From Candidatus Melainabacteria bacterium 17Bon1m (lineage in GTDB: Bacteria; Cyanobacteriota; Vampirovibrionia; Obscuribacterales; Obscuribacteraceae), in assembly GCA_032128875.1 (NCBI GenBank), contig JAVLKG010000001.1:1081453-1145452 (forward strand): a DNA stretch of 64,000 nucleotides, given 5' to 3'. Under the pieces are notes generated by a model that was not told the origin of the DNA, made no database searches, and was given only the letters and a program-made list of their open reading frames with translations. This document shows positions 1 through 9,031 of this stretch, piece by piece. Position 1 is the first letter of the stretch, and each line of letters opens with the position of its first letter. Both the position numbers and the translations under genes were made by a program.

Positions 1-1
1 A

Positions 2-805
2 CAGGCAAATCAGTCCCTGAAAACCTTTCGTATGCCGGAAGATCGCTCTTGTCTGTCCAAATCAATTTCAGGCGACCCGGTCAATATGTGCCGCGATTGT
101 CGCTGGATACAAGAAGATGCGCATCCTGAGTGCCTTTATAAGCTTTCTGCCGGCGAGAAAACGAGTTCGCGGAAAATTTCTGTCGAGAGTGCCAGAAATA
201 TGTCCGAGACATTGGCACGCACAAGCTCTGCATTTCGCATTGTAATTGTCGAAGATGCATCTCAGGATGTTTTTCATAGACCTTCTGCCAATGCGCTTCT
301 GAAGACTTTAGAAGAGCCACCGGAGCACACGATGTTCTTTCTCTTTGCAGAAAATGCAGAAGCGGTGCTACCGACGGTGGTGAGCCGAAGTCAGGTCGTG
401 CCGGTTCCACAAATTCCATTCTCCGATGGAGAGCCTCCTGAATTGCCGCCAATCTCGTTTCACAAAGCGATTCGAGAGAGTGCATCTAAACGATCGAAAG
501 CTTATTTGTCCGCGCTCGACTTTTCTCAAGTCGTTTTAAAAGCTGCCGATTCACTTGTTGATGACGACGATAACGTTCGGGTTGCTATCTCTAAAGTCGT
601 GGATTACGTGCTTAAAGTTGAGTACGAGAGGCTGAAAGCTCGAGCTATGGACTCGCTAAATGAGAGCAAATATCTGGCTGATCTATTTGAACTCGGCGAA
701 GAAGCAAAGTCTAGAGTAGATCATTACGTCAATCCAAAGGCTGCATTGGAGAGCTTTTCCATAGCCTGGGCTAGACTGGCTCAAGATGCGCACGTCCTAG
801 ACTAG
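2..805 (+). CDS. holB: DNA polymerase III delta' subunit (5'-truncated by window edge)
   Basis: CRDCRWI..HPE Zn-module remnant, SANALLKTLEEPP and LPTVVSRSQ clamp-loader motifs; frame is open back to base 2. Confidence 0.85.
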   Translation, partial: QANQSLKTFRMPEDRSCLSKSISGDPVNMCRDCRWIQEDAHPECLYKLSAGEKTSSRKISVESARNMSETLARTSSAFRIVIVEDASQDVFHRPSANALLKTLEEPPEHTMFFLFAENAEAVLPTVVSRSQVVPVPQIPFSDGEPPELPPISFHKAIRESASKRSKAYLSALDFSQVVLKAADSLVDDDDNVRVAISKVVDYVLKVEYERLKARAMDSLNESKYLADLFELGEEAKSRVDHYVNPKAALESFSIAWARLAQDAHVLD

Positions 806-857
806 TAGGGGAGGCACATGTGCCTTCCTGTCAGGGAGCCGCATGCGGGTCCCATAC
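805..857. repeat. Inverted doublet of GTAG-type REP-like palindromes
   Basis: GTAGGGGAGGCACATGTGCCTTCC-tgtca-GGGAGCCGCATGCGGGTCCCATAC; closely related copy at 58045-58098. Confidence 0.8.
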
Positions 858-866
858 CTGAAACAG

Positions 867-1832
867 TTATTTCTTGTGGTTGCCGTCTTTTTCAATCTTC
901 GCCAGCTCGTTGTAGAGCTCGCGTTCTCTATCCGAAAGTTCAGTCGGAATCATAATCTTCGTGCGCACGAGAATGTCGCCGCGATCTGCTTGTTTTAGTT
1001 TTGGCAAACCACGGCCTCTCAGTCTCAGCATGCGCCCATTTTGAGTGCCTGCTGGAATGCGAATCTTCACCGGACCTTCCAGTGTCGGCACTGATGTTTC
1101 TGTCCCTACGACTGCCTGAGCTGGTGTGATGTTGACATTGCAGACGAGATTGTCGCCTTCCATTGTGAACTCTTCGTGCGGCTTGATTTTGACCTTCAAA
1201 TAGAGGTCTCCCGACTGCTGGTTCATTGGCGATTTCGCGCCTTCTCCAGGCACTCGAATCTTCGAGCCCTGGCGCACACCAGCCGGGATTTTTACCTCAA
1301 TTGTTTTGGTTTTTACCTGAGGACCGCTAATTTGCAGGGTGCGCACCGTGCCCTTCGCTACTTCTTCAAGTGTCAGTTCGATTTCGGCTTCCTGATCGAG
1401 AGGGCTTCGACCCATGGATGGTCCACCTGGGCGCTGTTGCGAGCGTCCGGGACCACCCTGACCGGGACGTGGACCACCTTCTTGCCCAAAGGCTTGACCG
1501 AATATTGCTTCAAAGAAGTCCGAAAACGGTGAGCCCTTGCCCGCCAGATCACCAAAATCGAAATTGAAATTGCTGAAATCCGGCGGCGGACGGAATTGTT
1601 CTCCTGACTTCCAGTTGGATCCGAGCTGGTCGTAACGCTTTCTTTTCTCGGGGTCTTTTAGAACTTCATAAGCTTCGGCAATCTCTTTGAACTTTTCTTC
1701 AGATGCTTTATTGCCGGCATTCGTGTCCGGGTGGTACTGCCTTGCCAGCTTCCGGTAGGAGGCTTTGATCTCCTTATCCGTTGCGCTGCGCGGCACATTG
1801 AGAATCTGGTAGTAATCTTTGTACTTGACCAA
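867..1832 (-). CDS. cbpA: Class B J-domain co-chaperone (CbpA/DnaJ-like, no Zn finger)
   Basis: KDYYQIL..YHPD J-domain, G/F-rich region with FSDFFE, DnaJ C-terminal domains, no CxxCxGxG; TTG start with GGAG upstream. Confidence 0.88.
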   Translation of the reverse strand: MVKYKDYYQILNVPRSATDKEIKASYRKLARQYHPDTNAGNKASEEKFKEIAEAYEVLKDPEKRKRYDQLGSNWKSGEQFRPPPDFSNFNFDFGDLAGKGSPFSDFFEAIFGQAFGQEGGPRPGQGGPGRSQQRPGGPSMGRSPLDQEAEIELTLEEVAKGTVRTLQISGPQVKTKTIEVKIPAGVRQGSKIRVPGEGAKSPMNQQSGDLYLKVKIKPHEEFTMEGDNLVCNVNITPAQAVVGTETSVPTLEGPVKIRIPAGTQNGRMLRLRGRGLPKLKQADRGDILVRTKIMIPTELSDRERELYNELAKIEKDGNHKK

Positions 1833-2020
1833 TCTGTTTGAAACTCCGAGTTATTGCGTTTGTTGAACGCCATTTTAGGGCTTTTCGGCTATCTAAATCT
1901 TAACCGACCCGCCTTTATCCGGTCGGTTGTAAGGCTCCGCCAATGTAACCCGCCTATCCTTTTTGATAACATACCAAACCAAATCTATGAAGATTTAGCC
2001 CGCGGGCTATGGGAGCTTAT

Positions 2021-3151
2021 ATGGTCAAACAACTTCTGAATAAAGCGATTGCCGGCGAGAGGCTGAGTTTTGCTGAGGGCGTACAGCTCTTCAACGAAGC
2101 TTCGCTGATGGACATCGGCTATGCCGCCAATGAAGTGAGAAAACGCTTCCACCCTGATGATCAGCCGATTACGTATGTTATCGACCGCAACGTCAATTAC
2201 ACCAATGTCTGCGATGCATACTGCACGTTCTGCGCTTTCTATGCGCCTCCTGGCTCCGAAAAGGGTTATGTTCTGCCCTATGAGACCATCAAAGAGAAAG
2301 TGACGGAACTTGTCGAATTCGGCGGCACCCAACTGCTTTTGCAGGGCGGTCACAACCCGGAATTGGGCATCGAGTATTACGAAGACCTGCTCAGTCGCCT
2401 GAAAACAGACTTCCCGAACGTGACGCTGCACGCCCTGTCACCTTCTGAAATCGACCACATCACACGCACCAGTAATCTGACCCTGGAAGAGACTTTGAAG
2501 CGTCTCGTGGCTGCCGGCCTGACCTCTATTCCTGGCGGTGGCGCAGAAGTGCTTACTGAGCGCGTCAAGAAAATAATCAGCCCGCTGAAAATCCCTGCAA
2601 GCCGTTGGTTGGAAGTGATGGAAGCTGCTCACAAGATGGGCATTCGCACGACTTCTACAATGATGTATGGTTCTGTCGATACCATTGAAGACCGCATCGA
2701 ACACTTGATTGCCCTGCGTGACTTGCAAGATCGTGCCGAAGGATTTACAGCCTTTATTCCCTGGAGCTTCCAGCCGGGCGGAACACCGCTAGGCAAGAAA
2801 GTGAAGAATCTCACTACTGCCACAGAGTATTTGCGTATGGTTGCCGTATCACGTCTGATGCTGGACAACATCCGCAATATCCAGTCTTCATGGGTAACTC
2901 AGGGCTCTGGTCTTGGTCAGACTGCCTTCGCATTTGGTGCCAACGATTTCGGCGGAACCATGATGGAAGAGAATGTCGTATCCGCTGCGGGCACCAGATG
3001 TGATGTCACGCTCGAAGAGATGATCCGCTGCATTCACCTGGCTGGATTTGATGCAGCCCAACGCGACACTCAATACAATATCCTGAAGCTCCATCCTCGC
3101 AAGACCGCAGGCTTGTACGGCAGCCCCGCTCTGGCAGGCGCAGCGGTATAA
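2021..3151 (+). CDS. mqnC: Cyclic dehypoxanthinyl futalosine synthase (radical SAM, CofH/MqnC family)
   Basis: DRNVNYTNVCDAYCTFCAF, LLQGGHNP, FTAFIPWSFQP, SSWVTQG, GANDFGGTMMEENVVSAAG; ATG 2021 follows GGGAG. Confidence 0.9.
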   Translation: MVKQLLNKAIAGERLSFAEGVQLFNEASLMDIGYAANEVRKRFHPDDQPITYVIDRNVNYTNVCDAYCTFCAFYAPPGSEKGYVLPYETIKEKVTELVEFGGTQLLLQGGHNPELGIEYYEDLLSRLKTDFPNVTLHALSPSEIDHITRTSNLTLEETLKRLVAAGLTSIPGGGAEVLTERVKKIISPLKIPASRWLEVMEAAHKMGIRTTSTMMYGSVDTIEDRIEHLIALRDLQDRAEGFTAFIPWSFQPGGTPLGKKVKNLTTATEYLRMVAVSRLMLDNIRNIQSSWVTQGSGLGQTAFAFGANDFGGTMMEENVVSAAGTRCDVTLEEMIRCIHLAGFDAAQRDTQYNILKLHPRKTAGLYGSPALAGAAV

Positions 3152-3367
3152 ACAAAAACAGCCATCGATGCCTTTCCACTGTGGCGAAGACCGGCTTGGC
3201 TTTATTTAGGCTTGTCGATTAAACCAATTGTGCATTTGTCTTGGTATCACTGCTGGTGCTCAATCAGGCGCTGCCGCTTGCCGTTGTTCTCCTAAAATTG
3301 GACCGTCTCGCTTCACGCTCACTTCACGTAGCTCTAATTTTTCAAGACTCTGCTATACAAGTAATAC

Positions 3368-3395
3368 TGGTTTCGTCATTACCCTTGGCGGGAAT
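3368..3395 (+). promoter_or_regulatory. Putative SigB/SigF-type promoter
   Basis: TGGTTT-N16-GGGAAT, ~50 nt upstream of the TadE-like gene. Confidence 0.6.
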
Positions 3396-3445
3396 AGTTT
3401 GATCACCGGGAAGCTCGTTGATACGGCGTGCGTGAGGATGGAAAA

Positions 3446-3964
3446 GTGAAGGCTTTCAAGAGAAGAGGGCAGTCGATAGTCGAACTGTGCGTCGGACTGA
3501 TGGTTTTGGTCCCGATTGTACTTTTGGTCTTCGACCTCGCCGTCATCGTAATGGCAGTTCAAGTCAACGATTCAACCTGCCGCGAAGCTGCTCGTGTCGC
3601 AGCTTCAGGCAATCTTGGCGACCTGGGTCCACCCAAGAGTTTGCCGCTCAATGGTTCTGACATCTACAAGCGTGCCGACGCAGTTGTAAAGCGAGCGAAT
3701 ACTCAGTCGGCGGGCATTCTTTCCAACTTCAAACTGCAGTCGGTGACGACTACTCCGCCTGAAGCGTCCATCGCAGCGACAATCACATCTCTTGGTGTGA
3801 CTGGTGGACCGGTGAGCGGCACAGTCACTGTCGTGACGACCGTGGAAGTCAGACCATTTCTGGTCAAGTATGCGTATAGCGGTGGCGCACCCTTGGTATT
3901 CCAGTCGGCGCAAAGCTTCCCGTTCACTTTCGTAGTGCCGAATTCAGCCAAGCTGACGCCGTAG
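3446..3964 (+). CDS. TadE/TadG-like pseudopilin
   Basis: KRRG|QSIVE prepilin-like motif, hydrophobic helix, CREAARVAA; GTG 3446 follows GAGGA (ORF track starts at 3428). Confidence 0.8.
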   Translation: MKAFKRRGQSIVELCVGLMVLVPIVLLVFDLAVIVMAVQVNDSTCREAARVAASGNLGDLGPPKSLPLNGSDIYKRADAVVKRANTQSAGILSNFKLQSVTTTPPEASIAATITSLGVTGGPVSGTVTVVTTVEVRPFLVKYAYSGGAPLVFQSAQSFPFTFVVPNSAKLTP

Positions 3965-4077
3965 ATTTTGCAAAAGAGCCTCTGCTTCCTAAAGATCATG
4001 GGCTCCGTCTCAAAACGCGTTGTGCAACTTACAACCTGAAGGCCGAGACTGCAAGAAGCAGCGAAAACAGACATAAC

Positions 4078-4106
4078 AAAAGGGGCGACGCTTATGCATC
4101 GCCCCT
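4078..4106 (-). terminator. Intrinsic terminator after rplA
   Basis: AGGGGCGA/TCGCCCCT stem followed by a short T-run on the minus strand. Confidence 0.7.
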
Positions 4107-4142
4107 AATACTTTGTTTTGTCTGAGTTCTCAGCTACTTAGC

Positions 4143-4865
4143 TTATGCAGCCAGGTATTTGCCGAGTCCTTGCAGTGCAGCAACATCGAGCTTCAGTCCA
4201 GGACCCATTGTCGAGCTGAGGTAAACAGCTTTGATGTAGGTTCCTTTTACCGACGCCGGCTTCACTTTGTTGATAGTGTCAACAACGGCAGCCAAGTTCT
4301 TCAGAAGTTTGCCTTCGTCGAACGAGAGTTTGCCGATTGCCATTTGAACGAGACCGCCGTCTTTCTCAGCGCGGAAGGAAACCTTACCGGCTTTGAGTTC
4401 TTTGATGGTCTTAGCGATATCGAAAGTGACGGTGCCATCTTTCGGGTTCGGCATCAAGCCGCGTGGTCCGAGGATTTTACCCATCTTCGAGAGCATGAGC
4501 ATGGCGTCCGGAGTTGCGACGAGCTTGTCGAAATCCATGAAGCCTTCGCCGATTTTGGCGACGAGGTCATCGGCTCCGACTACGTCGGCACCGGCTTCGG
4601 TCGCTTCGGTCAGCTTCTCACCTTTGGCAACAACAGCGACGCGAACGTCTTTGCCGGTGCCGCCTGGCAGATTTACTGTGGAGCGAATTTGCTGGTCATT
4701 CAGCTTGGGATTGATGCCCAGTCTGAAGTGCACTTCGACCGTGGGATCGAATTTGACAGTTTTTTCGTCCTTGAGAACCTTGAATGCTTCTTCTGCAGTC
4801 AAAGGATTTGGATATTTCTCTTTGATTGCTTTCAAGGTCTTTTGGCGCTTGGTGAGCTTAGCCAT
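4143..4865 (-). CDS. rplA: 50S ribosomal protein L1
   Basis: KFDPTVEVHFRLG, LPGGTGK, ILGPRGLMPNPKDGTVT, SSTMGPG. Confidence 0.98.
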   Translation of the reverse strand: MAKLTKRQKTLKAIKEKYPNPLTAEEAFKVLKDEKTVKFDPTVEVHFRLGINPKLNDQQIRSTVNLPGGTGKDVRVAVVAKGEKLTEATEAGADVVGADDLVAKIGEGFMDFDKLVATPDAMLMLSKMGKILGPRGLMPNPKDGTVTFDIAKTIKELKAGKVSFRAEKDGGLVQMAIGKLSFDEGKLLKNLAAVVDTINKVKPASVKGTYIKAVYLSSTMGPGLKLDVAALQGLGKYLAA

Positions 4866-4903
4866 GATCCGAGTTCCTTACTTCTTCTTCTTGTAATTTG
4901 TGA

Positions 4904-5326
4904 CTACTCTTGGACTGTGATGCCCATGTTGCGGGCGGTGCCTCTGACCATTGCTTCAGCGGCTTCAATGGTTGTTGCATTGAGGTCGGGCATTTTGATC
5001 TTGGCGATTTCGGTGATTTTTTCTTTGGAAACCGAACCAACTTTGGTCTTGTTCGGGTGAGAAGAACCCTTTTCGACATTCGCGGCTTTCTTCAGAAGTT
5101 CTGATGCCGGCGGCGTTTTCAGAACGAAGTCGAAAGAGCGATCTTCGAATACGGTGATTTCTACCGGTACGATCGTCCCTGCCTTGTCCTGTGTCTTGGC
5201 GTTATATTCCTTGCAGAACTGCATGATGTTTACGCCATGTTGACCGAGTGCAGGTCCAATAGGCGGCGCGGGGTTTGCTTTACCCGCTTGGATTTGCAGT
5301 TTGATTTTGCCAACTACCTTTTTCAC
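4904..5326 (-). CDS. rplK: 50S ribosomal protein L11
   Basis: [44 protein letters not shown]. Confidence 0.98.
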   Translation of the reverse strand: MKKVVGKIKLQIQAGKANPAPPIGPALGQHGVNIMQFCKEYNAKTQDKAGTIVPVEITVFEDRSFDFVLKTPPASELLKKAANVEKGSSHPNKTKVGSVSKEKITEIAKIKMPDLNATTIEAAEAMVRGTARNMGITVQE

Positions 5327-5394
5327 GGCCCTAGATCCTATATATGTCGAGAATTACTGATTTTATGGCACATTGGACATCCAATGCATCACTT

Positions 5395-5955
5395 TTAGAC
5401 TTTAATAACCTGGTTGAACTCCAGTTCTACTGGGGTCGCGCGACCGAAGATGATGACTGACGCCTTGATTCGCTCGCGTTCGAGGTTGACTTCCGTTACC
5501 TCTCCTGTAAAGTCTGCGAACGGTCCGCCCGTAATACGAACGTAATCGCCCACCTTGACATCGATGACAGCAGGCTTTTTGCCTTTGACACCGGTAACGG
5601 CCATTTGCCGTCTCAAAATCTTTCTGATTTCACCGTCCTGCACTGGGACTGGTTTCTTTCCTGCTCCAACGTATTTCGTTACGCCTGGTGCTTCTCTGAC
5701 TACTCGCCAGGAATCGTCGTCCAGGATCATTTCAACGAATACGTAGCCCGGGTATTCACGCTCTTTCTTTTCAACGCGCTTACCGTCTTTGACCTTGGTC
5801 ACCATTTTTTCCGGAACAATGACGCCGAAGATTCTATCTTGCGCATTCATCGTCATGATGCGCTTTTCGATATGCTCCTTCACTTTATTCTCGTGCCCGG
5901 ATGCAGTTTGCACGGCATACCAACGCCTCTGTCCGTCACTGTTTATGAAAGCCAT
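5395..5955 (-). CDS. nusG: Transcription termination/antitermination factor NusG
   Basis: WYAVQTASGHENKV, YPGYVFVEM, KOW motif GGPFADFTG, IFGRATPVELEF. Confidence 0.97.
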   Translation of the reverse strand: MAFINSDGQRRWYAVQTASGHENKVKEHIEKRIMTMNAQDRIFGVIVPEKMVTKVKDGKRVEKKEREYPGYVFVEMILDDDSWRVVREAPGVTKYVGAGKKPVPVQDGEIRKILRRQMAVTGVKGKKPAVIDVKVGDYVRITGGPFADFTGEVTEVNLERERIKASVIIFGRATPVELEFNQVIKV

Positions 5956-6021
5956 CGTCCCTTACTTTCCTTTTTATTAGTACAAGCGACCTTGCACTTA
6001 GTTCGAGGGTCTACCAATAAC

Positions 6022-6486
6022 CTAGTGGTGTAGCCCGACTCCGCCACCGTGCAATCTTGCCCAGTGTTCGAGCGGACCAAATATCGCGTGAGATAAAAAC
6101 CAGTCAAAACCGAGAACTGCAACGGTGATCAATGCCACCAAGAAGAGCACACTGAGGGTTTCCTGAATAACCTGTTGTCTGCCTGGCCAGGTTATCTTCG
6201 TGAATTCGACAACTACATCTTTGAGGAACTGGCGGATGTCTTTCAGTGACTCACCAAGTTCGATCTCGGTATCGTCGATCGCCGCCTTCTTTTGTTCGCC
6301 CTTTTGATTCTTAGGCTTTTCGTTCTTGTCTTTGCCTTTTGCGTCGTCCTTCACTTTCTTTTCCTTGGGCGCTTCGTCTTTCGCTTTTGCTTCGGCAGCG
6401 TCATGACCCGATGACTCTTTCAGAACATCACCCTCCGTCAATTTTGTTGACGGGGTTGAGCCTTTATCTTTTTTCTCAGTAGACAT
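6022..6486 (-). CDS. secE: Preprotein translocase SecE with long charged N-terminal extension
   Basis: FLKDVVVEFTKITWPGRQQ motif plus one TM helix; located between tRNA-Trp and nusG. Confidence 0.92.
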   Translation of the reverse strand: MSTEKKDKGSTPSTKLTEGDVLKESSGHDAAEAKAKDEAPKEKKVKDDAKGKDKNEKPKNQKGEQKKAAIDDTEIELGESLKDIRQFLKDVVVEFTKITWPGRQQVIQETLSVLFLVALITVAVLGFDWFLSHAIFGPLEHWARLHGGGVGLHH

Positions 6487-6542
6487 CAATATGTTTGGTC
6501 ATCCGAAGTGAAGATGAAACTAAAGGACTGGCCTTAAAAATT

Positions 6543-6613
6543 CGCGCCTCCAAGGAATCGAACCCTGACTAAAGGTTTTGGAGACCTCTGTTCTACCATT
6601 AAACTAGAGGCGC
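6543..6613 (-). tRNA. trnW: tRNA-Trp (CCA), 3' CCA not encoded
   Basis: GCGCCTCTAGTTTAATGGTAGAACAGAGGTCTCCAAAACCTTTAGTCAGGGTTCGATTCCTTGGAGGCGCG: 7-bp acceptor stem, anticodon loop CT-CCA-AA, GGTTCGATTCC T-arm. Confidence 0.96.
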
Positions 6614-6777
6614 ATTTTGCGCATTTACTTTGACCCGACCAGGCAAGGTCGGACAAAGTCAGAAGCCGGTCGGACACGTCAAGTGTCAGTTGTCTTGAAA
6701 TCCGAGAGGTCATCAACCTCTTTGGATCCTGGGCGTCGGGACTTCAAAGTCGAGCCCCTGCGTCCGACCGCTTGCGA

Positions 6778-6945
6778 TTAGCGCTTGGTTTCTTTGTGCT
6801 CGAGGTGCTGACGGCACCATTTGCAATACTTGTTGATGCTGAGTCTGTCCGGATCGTTCTTCTTGTTCTTCATCGACGTGTAGTTGCGGCGTTTGCAAGT
6901 GCCACAAGCAAGCGTGATGATGATCCGGTCGTCCTTCTTGGCCAC
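6778..6945 (-). CDS. rpmG: 50S ribosomal protein L33, zinc-ribbon form (55 aa, absent from the ORF track)
   Basis: Hand translation [58 protein letters not shown] start with GGGAG upstream. Confidence 0.97.
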   Translation of the reverse strand: MAKKDDRIIITLACGTCKRRNYTSMKNKKNDPDRLSINKYCKWCRQHLEHKETKR

Positions 6946-7162
6946 GGCTTTCTACTCCCTTTCTAGCTCCCAACCGGCTAAATACAGCCTAGTGTGCATT
7001 GTCGATTGGTAATTGCGCGTTCAGCCGAAACTGAATCTTGTCTTTAGTGTTGCCGGTCTATGCTGCCAGTCTTAAAGAAACGCTCGAAGTCAAAAATTGA
7101 CTGCTGCGTTGTCTGAAAAAACCGCACAGACCAAAACGGCCTCCGGGGAGGCGTCAATGCAA

Positions 7163-7192
7163 AGTATATCTAACCAAGAAAAAATCTGTCAA
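7163..7192 (-). promoter_or_regulatory. Sigma70-type promoter for the rpmG-trnW-secE-nusG-rplKA unit
   Basis: TTGACA-N18-TATACT on the minus strand, ~220 nt upstream of rpmG. Confidence 0.7.
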
Positions 7193-7306
7193 CAATACTA
7201 GAATTGTGGCGTGTTACAAGCGATTACCCGACCCTCGTCCACCCCAAAACACTCGAAATCAAGCCGAATTCAATCGGTGAACTAAGCGGAAGTTAATACT
7301 CTTTCA

Positions 7307-8932
7307 GTGAGAAATTTTTCGATTTCTTCCAGTTTGTTAAAAATAGTATTTTCAAAGCTGGCTCTGGTAGCGGCTTTTGGGACGGTTGCGCTGACTTCTT
7401 TGACCGGATGTGGAAACACCGGCGCTAGTTACGAGCCTGATACATTCCGCATCAATTTGCAGGCAGAACCCCCGAGTCTCGATTGGCAAACCTCTACCGA
7501 CTCGACTTCTTTCGATGTCGTTTCCAACATCATGACCGGCTTGACTATGTACAACAACGACATGAAGTGCGAGCCGGGCTGTGCTGAGTCTTGGGAAATC
7601 CTGGACGGCGGCAAGCACTATGTTTTCCATTTGAGGAAAAACGCCTTGTGGACTGACGGAAAGCCCGTCACCGCCCACGATTTCGAATACGCGTGGAAAC
7701 GTCTCTTAGATCCTTCAACTGCAGCTTCTTATGCTTTCTTCCTTTATGACATCGAAAACGCTTTTGAATTCAACTCCGGAAAAGTAAAGGATCCTAATTT
7801 GATTGGCGCGAAGGCGCTTGACGACTGGACGTTTTCCGTCAAGCTCAAACGCCCGGCCGCGTATTTCCTTTATTTGACTGCGTTTTGCTCAACATGCCCG
7901 TTGCGAAAAGACATTGTCGACAAATTCGGCGATCGTTGGACGGAGCCTCAAAACATAGTCACCAACGGACCTTTCTCAGTATCGCTCTGGAAGCATGAGT
8001 ACAAAATTGAGTTGACTTCCAATCCGAAATTCTTCGAAGGCGAGCCCCGGCTCAAGAGAATCAAGATGTTCATGATTCCAGAACAAGCCACGGCTTTTGG
8101 ACTCTTCGAGAACAATCAGCTCGATTATGTCGACAATCGAAGCTTCCCGACCGCTGATGTCGAGAGCCTGCGCAGCTCCCCTATGTATCGCAACCTTCCT
8201 TTGCTGCGCTGCAGCTATCTTGGCTTCAACGTCAAAAAGAAGCCCTTTGACGATAAACGTGTTCGCAAAGCGATTTCGATGGCAGTAGATAGAACGCTGT
8301 TTCCAAAAATCCTTCGGCGCGGCGAAGCGCCTGCATTCACTTGGATTCCACCGGCATTGGAAGGATATTCGGAAATTTCCAAAAGCGAATTCAATCCCGA
8401 AGCTGCCAGAAAACTTTTAGCGCAAGCTGGATATCCGAATGGTAAAGGCTTTCCTTTGACCAAAATTCTCTATCCCCAAAGAGAAGACGCCAAGCTGGTT
8501 GTAGAGTCTGTACAAGAACAGATAAAGAAGAATCTAAATGTCAAATTGCAGCTCGAAGTAAACGAGTGGAAGGTCTATCTCGACATTCTGCACCGAGATC
8601 CGCCTCAGATGTTCAGACAGACCTGGGGCGCTGATTATCCAGATCCGGAGACGTTTATGAACGTCTTCACTACTCACAATGGCAACAATTACACGCAATG
8701 GTCGAATGCTCATTATGATGATTTGATCGACAGAGCTGCCGCCGAGCAAGATCAAAAAAAGCGCGCGGCGATGTATGCAGAAGGGGACCAGATGCTCTGT
8801 CAGGACGAGGTTCCTATTGTTCCGCTTTATTGGGCAACGCAAAATACAATGGTCAAACCCTGGGTTAAAGGAATTGGTTTTAACGCAATGGATCTGCAAT
8901 TTTTTAGGAAGGTGTACATAGAAAAGCCGTAG
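7307..8932 (+). CDS. oppA: Oligopeptide ABC transporter substrate-binding lipoprotein
   Basis: Lipobox LTGC, family-5 SBP motifs WTDGKPVTAHDF, VTNGPF, WGADYPDPETFM; exact start uncertain. Confidence 0.92.
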   Translation: MRNFSISSSLLKIVFSKLALVAAFGTVALTSLTGCGNTGASYEPDTFRINLQAEPPSLDWQTSTDSTSFDVVSNIMTGLTMYNNDMKCEPGCAESWEILDGGKHYVFHLRKNALWTDGKPVTAHDFEYAWKRLLDPSTAASYAFFLYDIENAFEFNSGKVKDPNLIGAKALDDWTFSVKLKRPAAYFLYLTAFCSTCPLRKDIVDKFGDRWTEPQNIVTNGPFSVSLWKHEYKIELTSNPKFFEGEPRLKRIKMFMIPEQATAFGLFENNQLDYVDNRSFPTADVESLRSSPMYRNLPLLRCSYLGFNVKKKPFDDKRVRKAISMAVDRTLFPKILRRGEAPAFTWIPPALEGYSEISKSEFNPEAARKLLAQAGYPNGKGFPLTKILYPQREDAKLVVESVQEQIKKNLNVKLQLEVNEWKVYLDILHRDPPQMFRQTWGADYPDPETFMNVFTTHNGNNYTQWSNAHYDDLIDRAAAEQDQKKRAAMYAEGDQMLCQDEVPIVPLYWATQNTMVKPWVKGIGFNAMDLQFFRKVYIEKP

Positions 8933-9031
8933 GGCCGATGGCATTGATCATCGCTGCGAACGCCGGTGGGTCATCCACTTCGAGATATACAAGCCGCCGT
9001 TACAATTAAACCTGGGGAGAGACGACGCCGA

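Noticed and set aside
4113-5060. 315-aa plus-strand ORF and other long antisense ORFs
   Set aside because: Shadow frames opposite highly conserved genes (rplA/rplK and others) with no recognisable motifs.
6731-6760. GGGACTTCAAAGTC resembling a tRNA-Sec anticodon arm
   Set aside because: No matching acceptor stem or T-arm on that strand, and the loop geometry is wrong.
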